From NCBI GenBank assembly GCA_015064025.1, contig SVSZ01000002.1, positions 186-64,185 of the forward strand: DNA of 64,000 nucleotides. Reading direction: 5' to 3'. The notes under the pieces are model-generated. The model did not search any database. It saw only the letters and a program-made list of their open reading frames with translations, and was not told the origin of the DNA. Source of the stretch: Oscillospiraceae bacterium. Its GTDB lineage: Bacteria; Bacillota; Clostridia; Oscillospirales; CAG-272. Position numbers and translations under genes: made by a program. Shown piece after piece: positions 1 through 8,374 of the stretch. How positions within the stretch are numbered: position 1 is the stretch's first letter; each line of letters starts with the position of its first letter.

Positions 1-14
1 TAGGCTCCCCCTTT

Positions 15-67
15 GGGGCGAGTTTGCAAAGCAAACTGCGGTAGTGAGGCGAAAGCCGAACGTTGAG
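15..67. repeat. GC-rich hairpin-module repeat, a copy of the element also present at 11498..11607
   Basis: gcgagtttgc-aaa-gcaaactgcgg followed by gtagtgaggcgaaagccgaacgttg. Both modules recur at 11498..11522 (same orientation) and 11575..11607 (inverted). Confidence 0.6.
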
Positions 68-117
68 CTGTTCGAGCGAATGCGAGACTGAGAGGGCAAC
101 CCCTCTTTGCCGGAGAC

Positions 118-165
118 GAAAAAGGCTGCGGGAGAAACTTTTTACAAACGGTTTCTCCCGCAGCC
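118..165 (-). terminator. Intrinsic terminator downstream of the GH gene at 184..1635
   Basis: Inverted repeat ggctgcgggagaaac (124-138) / gtttctcccgcagcc (151-165). Read on the minus strand, the stem is followed by a T-run (complement of gaaaaa at 118-123). Confidence 0.6.
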
Positions 166-183
166 TTCTATTCTTGATTCTCT

Positions 184-1635
184 TTACTTCTCCGCGATCT
201 TCGTATTCTTGCCGAACAGGATCATCAGCGGCGAATCCGAGAGCGGCAGATTGCGAAGTCGGATTCCGCCGTTTCTCTGATCGTTTTTCATCTCCTCGGG
301 AATACCGTACACCTCACCCGTCGAAAGGTCGACCAGGCGAACGCACTCGTTATCCTGTCCGTAAACGCTATAGGTGATCGTCCCCTCATAGGTAGATGTC
401 AGGATCGGAACGGCGTTCCAGTAAACAAGCGCCGTATCTCCGTTATCAAGACGGAAGGTGTAATCCTGCACGGTGTTGTCGGTGCAGTCGGTACCGTTGA
501 CACGGATCGAGGGCAGATATTCACGTGCCACAGGGAAGCGGAACGCCTCTGCCTTTCCTTCAAAGAGCGACGCAAGCGCCGAAAGTGCAAAGTAGGACTT
601 CTTTTCGCTGTATTCTCCCGTAGATCTTCCGTCCTCGTCGAAATCGGCGCTGATGACACCGAAATAACCGTAATCAAGATAGGAAGCGCGCTCTCCGACG
701 CGACCGTTGAGCGCCTCGATCATATCCATGGTAGAAAAATAGGAGGTGAATTCCACGCCCGCATAAAGATCCTGCAAAAGCATGCGAAGCATCAGCTTTG
801 TCTGCTTATCGCGGTTCCACGCAAAATGTGCCATTGCACCGCTGCCGCGGGAATCGGACTGCGCGCCCGACTCGCCCTGAATGATTCCGATCTTCGGATT
901 GTAAAGATCCAGAATATCTCTGAAATTGCGGATGGTGCGCACGCGATCCATATCAAAGGGAGAATAGCAATGATAGGAGGCATAGTCGATCACCTCGCCA
1001 AGTCCCGTAGAGAGTGCACGGTTGATAAAGGCAAGGTCTCCCACACCGACCGATGCAAAGGCACAGATCTTCGCCTCGGGAGCAACGGCACGAATGACAC
1101 GCGCGGTATCGCGCGCAAACACACCGTACTCATAAGCGTTTTGCATCAGATCGCGCTCCTCACCGAAGAAATGCTTCCAGGAGTATGCACAGTCGGGCTC
1201 GTTCCAGATCTCAAAGAGCGTGATCCTCCCGTAAAAATGCTTGACGGTCGCCTCCACGTAAGAGAGCCATGCCGACATTTCCTCCTCGCTCTGCACGGGA
1301 GGACAGCCAACGGCACCGTACACCTTTTGTGCCAAGGGCGTGTAAAGCGGATTTCCGTAGCAAAGGCAAAGCCAGGGCTCAAGTCCGCGGGAAAGAAGCT
1401 CCCCCACGATGCGGTCAAGCCACGCAAAATCGTAAACCCCCTTCTCCTTCTCGCACTTCATCCAGCCCGACTGAATGCGCACCTTCTTGACACCGATGCG
1501 TGCCACCTTGTCATAAGCCTTGTTGGGGTCAAACACGTCTCTGTCCAGCTTTTCAAAGCCGATGCCAAGACGGCTCTCCTTGACCTCACTCGCACTTTTC
1601 GAAACAATCCTTCCAAGCCTTTGCAAGCGTTCCAT
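184..1635 (-). CDS. Glycoside hydrolase, clan GH-A TIM barrel (GH39/GH5-like)
   Basis: 483-aa ORF with the clan GH-A acid/base motif FEIWNEPD and a TIM-barrel-like pattern. It ends at a terminator. Confidence 0.75.
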   Translation of the reverse strand: MERLQRLGRIVSKSASEVKESRLGIGFEKLDRDVFDPNKAYDKVARIGVKKVRIQSGWMKCEKEKGVYDFAWLDRIVGELLSRGLEPWLCLCYGNPLYTPLAQKVYGAVGCPPVQSEEEMSAWLSYVEATVKHFYGRITLFEIWNEPDCAYSWKHFFGEERDLMQNAYEYGVFARDTARVIRAVAPEAKICAFASVGVGDLAFINRALSTGLGEVIDYASYHCYSPFDMDRVRTIRNFRDILDLYNPKIGIIQGESGAQSDSRGSGAMAHFAWNRDKQTKLMLRMLLQDLYAGVEFTSYFSTMDMIEALNGRVGERASYLDYGYFGVISADFDEDGRSTGEYSEKKSYFALSALASLFEGKAEAFRFPVAREYLPSIRVNGTDCTDNTVQDYTFRLDNGDTALVYWNAVPILTSTYEGTITYSVYGQDNECVRLVDLSTGEVYGIPEEMKNDQRNGGIRLRNLPLSDSPLMILFGKNTKIAEK

Positions 1636-1769
1636 ACGTTCTTTCCTTCCCTTTCAATTCTTTTCAAAAAAGCACCCTGCGGGGAGCTCCCGCAGGGTGC
1701 GCCTTATACTCATTATACCGAAAAAACAGGACTCCGTCTTTCAGAATATTCCCGTGTTTTTTCAATATC

Positions 1770-3830
1770 TTACGATAGTTCCTCCAAGATCACCATGGCG
1801 TAAGCCGCGAAGGTATCGTCGGGGATGCTGATGGAAAGCCCCTCCTTGCCATATTCCGCCCTCAGTGCTACCTCATCCTCGCGCTCAGGGGTGACAAGAC
1901 GCACGCAATTGACAGAGAATGCGGGAAGATCGCGCACAAGAAGCTTTATTTCGGACATGCGCCCGGCATCCGCGCAGAAATGCGGAATCAGAGCCTTGTG
2001 TGTCACGGGATCGCTCCCCTCGGAGACGGTGTCCGCAAGATTGACCAGATGCAGTACCCGCGCCCCGTCCGCGTCGTAGCTCGTGGCAAGCACGCGTCCC
2101 GTGGCAGAATACACCTCGACGCCGGGAGAGAGCTGCTTACGAAGCACCCGTCCTGTCCCGTTCTTTTGCATTTCCCACTTGGAGGGAACGGGGGCAACGG
2201 GCGTAGGATTCGGCACACGGCGGTCGCACCACACGGTGGGCTGGAACTCACACTCCTGTGGGCGGTAGGAAAGCCTCAGAATTTCTCCCTTGCCAAGGGA
2301 GATCGGGCTGTCGGGGATCAGGGTGACGCCGAGAAGTGCCTCAAGCTCCCCTTCGCTCCGTTTTCCGCCATCCTCACGGAAGACAGCAAAGTCACCGAGG
2401 ATCAAAAGCCGTCCACCGGCACGGGCATACTCCGAAAGTCGGACAAGCTCCTCATCCGAAAGCATTGCGGCATAAGACAAAAGGATCGTCTTGTGACGGA
2501 GAAGCTCTTCCAGATCATCCTGTTCCATCACCATGTCAAGGGAAAGCCCCGAAACGTATGCGGCTTGCATGCCGCCCATCATATGCGCGGTATAACGCGC
2601 ACGCGCGTCTGCGGTAAAATCTCTTGTCCGATGTGAGAACCACACAGCAAGATCCGAACGCTTATCGGGAGCGGTATAATACTTCATATACTTCTTTTCA
2701 AAGCGGCGGTACGGCACCTCCAGGGGGGTGATGTCCACGCCCTCCGAGGTTCCCGTATAAAGCTGCCCCCATGAGCGTGCGAGTGCCCAGGAAAAATACA
2801 CACTGTCGGGACGGTCGGGATAAAACATTGACATCGAGGGCACACCGTGCCGCCGCGCTGCGGCGTAGCGATGCACCGCCTCGGTCATAAAGTCCATATA
2901 GGATTCCTTCATCACCGCAGAGTAGCAGTTTTCCTGGAAAATGAAATCCCAGATATCCGTACAGCGGTCAAAGGAATAGCAGGTCGGGCAATGCTTGAGG
3001 ATGTCCGAGCAATAGTTGGGGCGCAAAAGATGTGCTCCCAAGCGCTCGTAAAGTGCGGTCAAGTCACGGTAGAAGCGTTCGGTGCTTTCAAACTTGAATT
3101 TCTTCCATGCGATGTAAGCGGGATTTTCAAAATTGTTGAAGAATGTTCCCCAGTCCTCGGGAGTAGGCAGGTCATATCCCCATTTTTCCTTGAAAAGGCG
3201 CCGACAGTGCTCACACGCGCATCCGTGCCCGTCTCCGAAGTACTGTACGTCATCGTTCATAATACCGTCAATACCCGTAGCGACCACGCTTTCCATATAC
3301 TTGAAATAGACCTCTCTGTAATCGGGGTTATTGAAGCACATGGAGTAGGTTCCGTACACGTTGCGCACGGGCTCTCCCGTGCGACCGTCGATCTGAGCAA
3401 AGCTGCGGATATCCTTGCCGTCGATCTTGAAATCATAAGTGAGAAACGGAAAGATGCGCTTCCAGTTATCATACTTGGCGCGCCCCTGCGTCCGCGTGAA
3501 GAATTCACGGTCAAGATTTCCCCAACCGCCCTCGTCAAGGAGACGGTTCGTCAGGTGTGCACTGTGGTGCTCCACCACGCGGATGCCGTATTTATGGCAA
3601 GCCCTTACGATCTTTTCAAGGCTTGCGTTGATCTCATCCCAGTAAGGATAGTAGCCAAACCGATAATGCGTCAGACTAAACGTAAGAATGATCGTAATTC
3701 CCGAACGCGCAAGCTCCTCCGCGCGGCGTTCAAAATCCTCGTCGGTGTAGGAAAAGATCTCCTCATCGTTGTACCAGAACCAACAAAAGCCCTGCTCCCA
3801 AGGGGAAAGATTCATTTTTCTGTTTTCCAT
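1770..3830 (-). CDS. Putative glycoside hydrolase with GH42-like architecture
   Basis: ORF 1770..4073 trimmed to the ATG at 3830, which is preceded by GGAGG (MENRKMNLSPWEQ...). It has a TIM-barrel-like N-terminus, the Cys cluster GHGCACEHC, and a central domain resembling the GH42 trimerisation domain. Confidence 0.6.
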   Translation of the reverse strand: MENRKMNLSPWEQGFCWFWYNDEEIFSYTDEDFERRAEELARSGITIILTFSLTHYRFGYYPYWDEINASLEKIVRACHKYGIRVVEHHSAHLTNRLLDEGGWGNLDREFFTRTQGRAKYDNWKRIFPFLTYDFKIDGKDIRSFAQIDGRTGEPVRNVYGTYSMCFNNPDYREVYFKYMESVVATGIDGIMNDDVQYFGDGHGCACEHCRRLFKEKWGYDLPTPEDWGTFFNNFENPAYIAWKKFKFESTERFYRDLTALYERLGAHLLRPNYCSDILKHCPTCYSFDRCTDIWDFIFQENCYSAVMKESYMDFMTEAVHRYAAARRHGVPSMSMFYPDRPDSVYFSWALARSWGQLYTGTSEGVDITPLEVPYRRFEKKYMKYYTAPDKRSDLAVWFSHRTRDFTADARARYTAHMMGGMQAAYVSGLSLDMVMEQDDLEELLRHKTILLSYAAMLSDEELVRLSEYARAGGRLLILGDFAVFREDGGKRSEGELEALLGVTLIPDSPISLGKGEILRLSYRPQECEFQPTVWCDRRVPNPTPVAPVPSKWEMQKNGTGRVLRKQLSPGVEVYSATGRVLATSYDADGARVLHLVNLADTVSEGSDPVTHKALIPHFCADAGRMSEIKLLVRDLPAFSVNCVRLVTPEREDEVALRAEYGKEGLSISIPDDTFAAYAMVILEELS

Positions 3831-3988
3831 ACCCTTTGTTCCTCCTTTACGGTATATACTGAGATATACAACGTAAGTATACCATAAAAGAGCCCCCTTG
3901 AAAAGCCCCCGTATTTTCATTTTTTGGAAAAATCTTGCGCATTCGAAGAAAAACATCAAAAAGTTTTTTGTTTTTTTGAAAAAAGGTA

Positions 3989-4017
3989 TTGACAAAATCT
4001 TTTTGTCGTGATATAAT
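3989..4017 (+). promoter_or_regulatory. Sigma-A promoter for the tRNA-Thr/tRNA-Tyr pair
   Basis: TTGACA (3989-3994), 17-nt spacer, TATAAT (4012-4017) with TG at the extended -10 position. The upstream flank is A/T-rich. Confidence 0.7.
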
Positions 4018-4058
4018 AGCAACGTTGCAAAAGCGGAAACGTTTAACGCATCATTTTC

Positions 4059-4133
4059 GCTGGTGTGGCTCAATGGCAGAGCAGCTGATTTGTAATCAGC
4101 AGGTTGTTGGTTCGACTCCGATCACCAGCTCCA
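4059..4133 (+). tRNA. tRNA-Thr (anticodon UGU)
   Basis: Manual cloverleaf: acceptor GCTGGTG/CACCAGC, D arm GCTC-AATGGCA-GAGC, anticodon arm GCTGA-TTTGTAA-TCAGC, T arm GTTGG-TTCGACT-CCGAT, encoded CCA. Confidence 0.9.
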
Positions 4134-4161
4134 AGGGTCCACACACAGTGGACCTATCTAT

Positions 4162-4246
4162 GGGGGATTTCCCGAGCGGCCAAAGGGGGCAGACTGTAAA
4201 TCTGTTGTCGATGACTTCGGTGGTCCGAATCCACCATCCCCCACCA
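4162..4246 (+). tRNA. tRNA-Tyr (anticodon GUA), class II with long variable arm
   Basis: Acceptor GGGGGAT/ATCCCCC, anticodon loop CTGTAAA, long variable arm, T arm GGTGG-TCCGAAT-CCACC, discriminator A, encoded CCA. Confidence 0.9.
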
Positions 4247-4250
4247 ACAA

Positions 4251-4289
4251 AAAGAGAACTTTTGTCTACCAAAAGTTCTCTTTTTGTTT
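4251..4289 (+). terminator. Intrinsic terminator after the tRNA pair
   Basis: Stem aaagagaactttt / aaaagttctcttt with loop gtctacc, followed by a T-run. Confidence 0.8.
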
Positions 4290-4291
4290 AT

Positions 4292-4483
4292 CCAAGCCGC
4301 AGGCTTGGCATATCATCACGACGCAGTCGTGTATATCATCAGCCCCTTTGGGGCTGTATCTCATCACGCGCCAGCGTGCATCCTCCTGCGACTTGATGAT
4401 ATACAACACTTCGTGTTGGTGATATACAATGCTTCGCATTGATGATATACACGCCTTACGGCGTGATTGGGACGCGAGGATGC
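4292..4483. repeat. Array of seven short variable-stem hairpins separated by a conserved 8-nt AT-rich spacer (4 forward units, 3 inverted units)
   Basis: Hairpins at 4292-4308, 4317-4331, 4340-4356, 4365-4378, 4404-4418, 4427-4441 and 4450-4465. All have the form CA-N4/5-loop-N4/5-TG. Spacers on the left are c/tatatcat and tatctcat; spacers on the right are the reverse complement, a/gtgatata. The 8-bp inverted repeat gcatcctc (4378-4385) / gaggatgc (4476-4483) brackets the right half. Confidence 0.75.
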
Positions 4484-4541
4484 GGAAATCACTTGGATTA
4501 GTTTATGAAACATAGGATAATATACTTAAAGAGGTAGTATT

Positions 4542-4889
4542 GTGGCTAAAAATTATTTACTGGTATATTCGGAGCAACTTGCAACCAATATAGAATTGCT
4601 TTGTCAAAATATAAAAGCTCCTTCCAACACTCTTTTTCAAATTCGTAAAAGTTCAAGTAGTGTCTATGCGAATATCCGTGAAGCCAATTACGGACAAAGC
4701 AAAGCAGATATGCTTTCAAAGTTTGAAATAGCACTAAAGGAATGCAGCGAAACGGAAGGTTGGTTGCAGTTATTATTCAATACGAATATCATAGACGAAG
4801 CAGCTTATAAGAATGATAGAAATCTTTGTGGGCGCATCAGACGAATGCTGATTGCAAGCTGTAAAACTTTGAAAGATCATGCAAAATAA
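4542..4889 (+). CDS. Four-helix-bundle protein (23S rRNA intervening-sequence protein / Avd-like family)
   Basis: 115-aa ORF with a GTG start after AAAGAGG. Family-typical motifs are ANIREANYGQSK..D...KFEIALKECSETEGWLQL. The segment is visibly AT-rich compared with its neighbours. Confidence 0.7.
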   Translation: MAKNYLLVYSEQLATNIELLCQNIKAPSNTLFQIRKSSSSVYANIREANYGQSKADMLSKFEIALKECSETEGWLQLLFNTNIIDEAAYKNDRNLCGRIRRMLIASCKTLKDHAK

Positions 4890-4965
4890 AAAAGTTATAT
4901 CTTTCATGTGGCAAACTCTTTTTTTCGCCCCTCAATTTTTGACCTTTTATCCGCAATCCCGCAGC

Positions 4966-5004
4966 AAAAACGCACTTTTGTCTACCGACAAAGGTGCGTT
5001 TTTT
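4966..5004. terminator. Bidirectional intrinsic terminator between convergent genes
   Basis: A-run, stem cgcacttttgtc / gacaaaggtgcg with a 4-nt loop, then a T-run. Confidence 0.75.
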
Positions 5005-5076
5005 GAATGACGCTTGCTGTCACGCAAATGATGACGGCTTCGCCACATTTTATGGCAAGCATCAAGCAAGAAGCTG

Positions 5077-5973
5077 TCAAGAGATTTTTTTCCTCTTTAT
5101 ATTTGAGATCCATATCCCACCGCTGATAAGCAAGAAAGCAACAAGATACTGTATCCTCCATATATTCTCGCCCAGGAGGATCGCCCCGAAGACACAAGCG
5201 AATACAGGCTCGGCAAACTTAATGATAAAGAGCCCGGACAGCTCTCCGTTTTTAACGATACCGAACCATATGCAGTAGCTGACGATGGATGCGGCACAGA
5301 TATACACCATGATCCAAAGAGACGCGTCCCAAGCAAACCGTACATTCCCTCCCATAACCAATCCGACAATCAGCAGAACGACACCGCCGAAAAGCTGAGA
5401 TATTCCCGTGGAGGTGATGGGAGAGACCTTATCAAACACCTTTTTACTGATCACGTTGGAAAAGACGGTACAAAAGGAGGCACAGAGAATCAAAAGATCT
5501 CCGATGGAAAATGAAAATCCGTCCGCACTGATATTCAGCGCGATGATTCCGAGAAAGCCTACCAGCGCGGCAAGGATCTTTTGGGCGGTCGGCTTATCCT
5601 CTTTGATGAAGATAAAGGAAAAGCAAACGTAAAAGAGCACACCGATCTGCTTGACAAGCGCAGTTTTGGAGCTGTCGGTCACTTCAAGTCCCATGTAGGT
5701 AAAGCCGTAATGCAGAATGATCGCGAAGACGCCGGACAGCAAAATAGGAACAAGAGAATGTTTGACAGGACGGTAGGATCCCCTATCCCCGATCGCGCTG
5801 AAGATGCAAATAATACCGCCGCAAATCACAAAACGGATTCCGGCAAACAGGAGAATATCGGCGGTGCCTTCCACCGCATATGCCGAAAAACCAAGCTTAA
5901 CCATAGGAAAAAGCGTCCCCCACAGAAGCATGGTCAACAGCGCGAGCCAAATCGTTTTAATTTGATTCATCAC
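5077..5973 (-). CDS. DMT (EamA) family transporter
   Basis: 298 aa with about 10 hydrophobic segments. The N-terminus LLWGTLFPMVK and the two-repeat organisation are typical of EamA. Confidence 0.85.
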   Translation of the reverse strand: MMNQIKTIWLALLTMLLWGTLFPMVKLGFSAYAVEGTADILLFAGIRFVICGGIICIFSAIGDRGSYRPVKHSLVPILLSGVFAIILHYGFTYMGLEVTDSSKTALVKQIGVLFYVCFSFIFIKEDKPTAQKILAALVGFLGIIALNISADGFSFSIGDLLILCASFCTVFSNVISKKVFDKVSPITSTGISQLFGGVVLLIVGLVMGGNVRFAWDASLWIMVYICAASIVSYCIWFGIVKNGELSGLFIIKFAEPVFACVFGAILLGENIWRIQYLVAFLLISGGIWISNIKRKKIS

Positions 5974-6943
5974 AAACGCTTAAAACGACCTTTCCGACGT
6001 TTTCACCGCGCTCCAGAATGGCGTGCGCCGCCTCTGCCTCTGTGATGGGCAGGACCCTGTAGATCGACGGCTTGATCGTACCGTCCTCAAGCTTGGGCCA
6101 CACGTTTTTCACCAATTCCGAAAGGACATATGCCTTGAACGCGGGAGTACGGTTGCGAAGCATGCTTCCGACAAGGTGAAGCCCCTTTGTCAGAAGCGGG
6201 CGCAGCGGTACGGTCGTTTCAATACCCGCCAAGGTTGAGATCACGATCCAATATCCGCCTCTTGCCATAAAGGACAGGCTCTTTCCAAGGGTCTCTCCCG
6301 AGAGGCAATCCATGGAGACGCTGACGGGAGTACCGTTCTTTTCCTCCTCGGCAAGCACGTCTTCCACGCATTGTGTGCTTGAATTGATGATCACGTCCGC
6401 ACCGAGCGGCTTGATCTTTTCGGCGATCTCATCGGATAATACCGAGGTGATCACTCTGGCACCGAGCGCCTTTGCCATCGGGATCGCCACAGACGCAAGT
6501 CCGCTGGCGCCCGCAGGGATAAATGCGGTCTGTCCCGCTTCCAGATGCCCCTCGATAAACAAATTCAGATAAGACGTGGCATAGGCTTCGGGCAGTGCCG
6601 CCGCCTCCACCATGGAAAGTCCCTTGGGGATCGGCATCAGCATATCCTGCTTGACCGCTACGTATTCGGCGTATCCACCGCCCCCCAGCAGTGCACACAC
6701 GCGGTCCCCTACCTTCCAATCGGTGACAGCCTCTCCTACACGTTCAACAACGCCGGCGATCTCAAGCCCCATCCATTCGGGACAGCCTGCGGGAGAGGGA
6801 TATTTTCCCTGTCTTTGCAACAGATCCGCGCGGTTCAGCGCCGCCGCGTATATTTTTACGAGAACCTCGTCGTCTTTTATCGCGGGATCGGGCACCTCCG
6901 ACCACACAAGATTCTTACGTTCGTCAACAAGCACAGCTTTCAT
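5957..6943 (-). CDS. NAD(P)H:quinone oxidoreductase, zinc-type ADH superfamily (Qor/PIG3-like)
   Basis: 328 aa. Contains KIYAAALNRADLLQRQGKYP and the GASGLAS nucleotide-binding motif. The RBS is GAGGAA. Confidence 0.85.
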   Translation of the reverse strand: MKAVLVDERKNLVWSEVPDPAIKDDEVLVKIYAAALNRADLLQRQGKYPSPAGCPEWMGLEIAGVVERVGEAVTDWKVGDRVCALLGGGGYAEYVAVKQDMLMPIPKGLSMVEAAALPEAYATSYLNLFIEGHLEAGQTAFIPAGASGLASVAIPMAKALGARVITSVLSDEIAEKIKPLGADVIINSSTQCVEDVLAEEEKNGTPVSVSMDCLSGETLGKSLSFMARGGYWIVISTLAGIETTVPLRPLLTKGLHLVGSMLRNRTPAFKAYVLSELVKNVWPKLEDGTIKPSIYRVLPITEAEAAHAILERGENVGKVVLSVCDESN

Positions 6944-7036
6944 TTTGTATTCCTCACAATCCGTATTTTTTCAGATATATCTTCCCATGGCACCCGTAGC
7001 GCCGAGAACCAAGACTTTTTTCATAATTTTCCCTCC

Positions 7037-8050
7037 TCAATCGATGTTTGTTCCGTGAAAGCGCACGCCTCCCACGATCTCGTCAAGCACCTTCTGCACA
7101 AGATAGTCGTGCTCGTAGGTAAAGGGATTTTTCTTAGTCCCCATGATATAAGCGTAGAAATCCTGCATCATGCCGTCGTAGCGGCTGTCGGCGGCGTCGA
7201 GCTCAAAGGGGACCGTCGTTTTCACGTCGGCATAGGTACCCCCTCCCATCGCGGTGTCCGCATAGGTCATCACAGTGGGCTGCTCCATCGGACAGATGTT
7301 GACCGTACCGCGACTTCCCGAAACCATAAACTGGCGCCTTCCGTAGCCGTTCACCTCAACCGATGAAACGTAAATACGTGCCAATGCCTTATCGTATTCG
7401 AGCACGGCAAGATTGTTGTCTTCGAAATCAACGCCGTCAAGCCCCGTATGCTTCAAAAACGTGGTGATCCTTTTCGGCTCTCCCATCATGTAAACGATCA
7501 GATCGACAAGATGCGAGCCAAGGATATACATGATCCCGCCGCCGAAATTGGTCAACCATTTTTTGTAGTCCGTGGGATGATAGGTGCTCATTTCGGCATT
7601 GATCGAATAGATCTCGCCAAGATCGCCGTTTTTGATATGCTCAAAGCAACGAAGCACCGCAGGATTGTAGCGGTACATATAGCCGAGCTGAACGACAAGG
7701 TCCTTCGCCTTCGCCGTATCCAACACGTATTTGTATTCCTCAAGCGTACCGCTTGCAGGCTTATCCATGTGCATGTGCTTGCCTGCGTCTACGCACATCT
7801 TTGCATATTTGGTCAGATCCCAAACGTCGCTCTCAAGCAGCACGGCGTCGGAGCGTGCGATCAGCTCCTCCACGCTAAGGCGAGGAAGTCCCTCGTATCC
7901 TTTGTTATTGCCACGTTTTTCTATCCAACGCTCATTTTCTTCGGCATAACCGACGACTTCAAACAGCTCGGGAAATTTTCGCACAGCCAGCAATTTTGCT
8001 TCGCCGTGGTTGTGTCCGATGCCGATCTGCCCAATCTTTATTTTTTTCAT
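7037..8050 (-). CDS. Gfo/Idh/MocA family oxidoreductase
   Basis: ORF trimmed to the ATG at 8050 (MKKIKIGQIGIGHNHG Rossmann N-terminus), preceded by GGAGAG. Confidence 0.85.
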   Translation of the reverse strand: MKKIKIGQIGIGHNHGEAKLLAVRKFPELFEVVGYAEENERWIEKRGNNKGYEGLPRLSVEELIARSDAVLLESDVWDLTKYAKMCVDAGKHMHMDKPASGTLEEYKYVLDTAKAKDLVVQLGYMYRYNPAVLRCFEHIKNGDLGEIYSINAEMSTYHPTDYKKWLTNFGGGIMYILGSHLVDLIVYMMGEPKRITTFLKHTGLDGVDFEDNNLAVLEYDKALARIYVSSVEVNGYGRRQFMVSGSRGTVNICPMEQPTVMTYADTAMGGGTYADVKTTVPFELDAADSRYDGMMQDFYAYIMGTKKNPFTYEHDYLVQKVLDEIVGGVRFHGTNID

Positions 8051-8317
8051 TTTATTTCTCTCCAATCAAATACCGTTCCCATTGGGAATTTGGGATCGTC
8101 GCAAATATGTTATTTCTCAGCTCCTCCGTCTCACGTGCAGCCTTTGATCGTAGCGATCGCCGCGCACCTCTTTTCCCGATGCTCCTCGCAAGGGCGGGAG
8201 GCGTGAGCTGTGATCATTTTTCTCTCATAAGCTCGCCTCTGAAAAAAGTATAGCACGAGTGTCTCCAAAAGCCAATCGCAAAAATGCTACAGTTTGTCAT
8301 ATTTGATACAAAACATG

Positions 8318-8346
8318 TTGATTTTTCGGCTGTATTATGCTATAAT
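8318..8346 (+). promoter_or_regulatory. Candidate sigma-A promoter of the AraC-family gene
   Basis: TTGATT (8318-8323), 17 nt, TATAAT (8341-8346). Confidence 0.5.
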
Positions 8347-8374
8347 AAGCTTGAATTTTCGCAGGAGGCAAACT

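Noticed and set aside
63-377. Small plus-strand ORFs at the start of the window (63..377 and similar).
   Set aside because: They span the repeat and terminator region and then run antisense into the GH gene. They have no RBS and their translations are low-complexity.
3831-4073. The N-terminal 81-codon extension of ORF 1770..4073.
   Set aside because: The extension runs through the AT-rich tRNA promoter region and into tRNA-Thr. A GGAGG-preceded ATG at 3830 begins the conserved part of the protein.
4292-4483. A CRISPR array.
   Set aside because: The conserved unit is only 8 nt and the variable parts are 14-17-nt palindromes. The period is 23-25 bp, there is no leader, and there are no cas genes. 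Half of the units are inverted, which CRISPR arrays never are.
4247-5076. An integrated prophage or genomic island at the tRNA-Tyr 3' end.
   Set aside because: There is no integrase, no direct repeat of the tRNA 3' end, and only one small ORF. The low-GC islet is under 0.6 kb.
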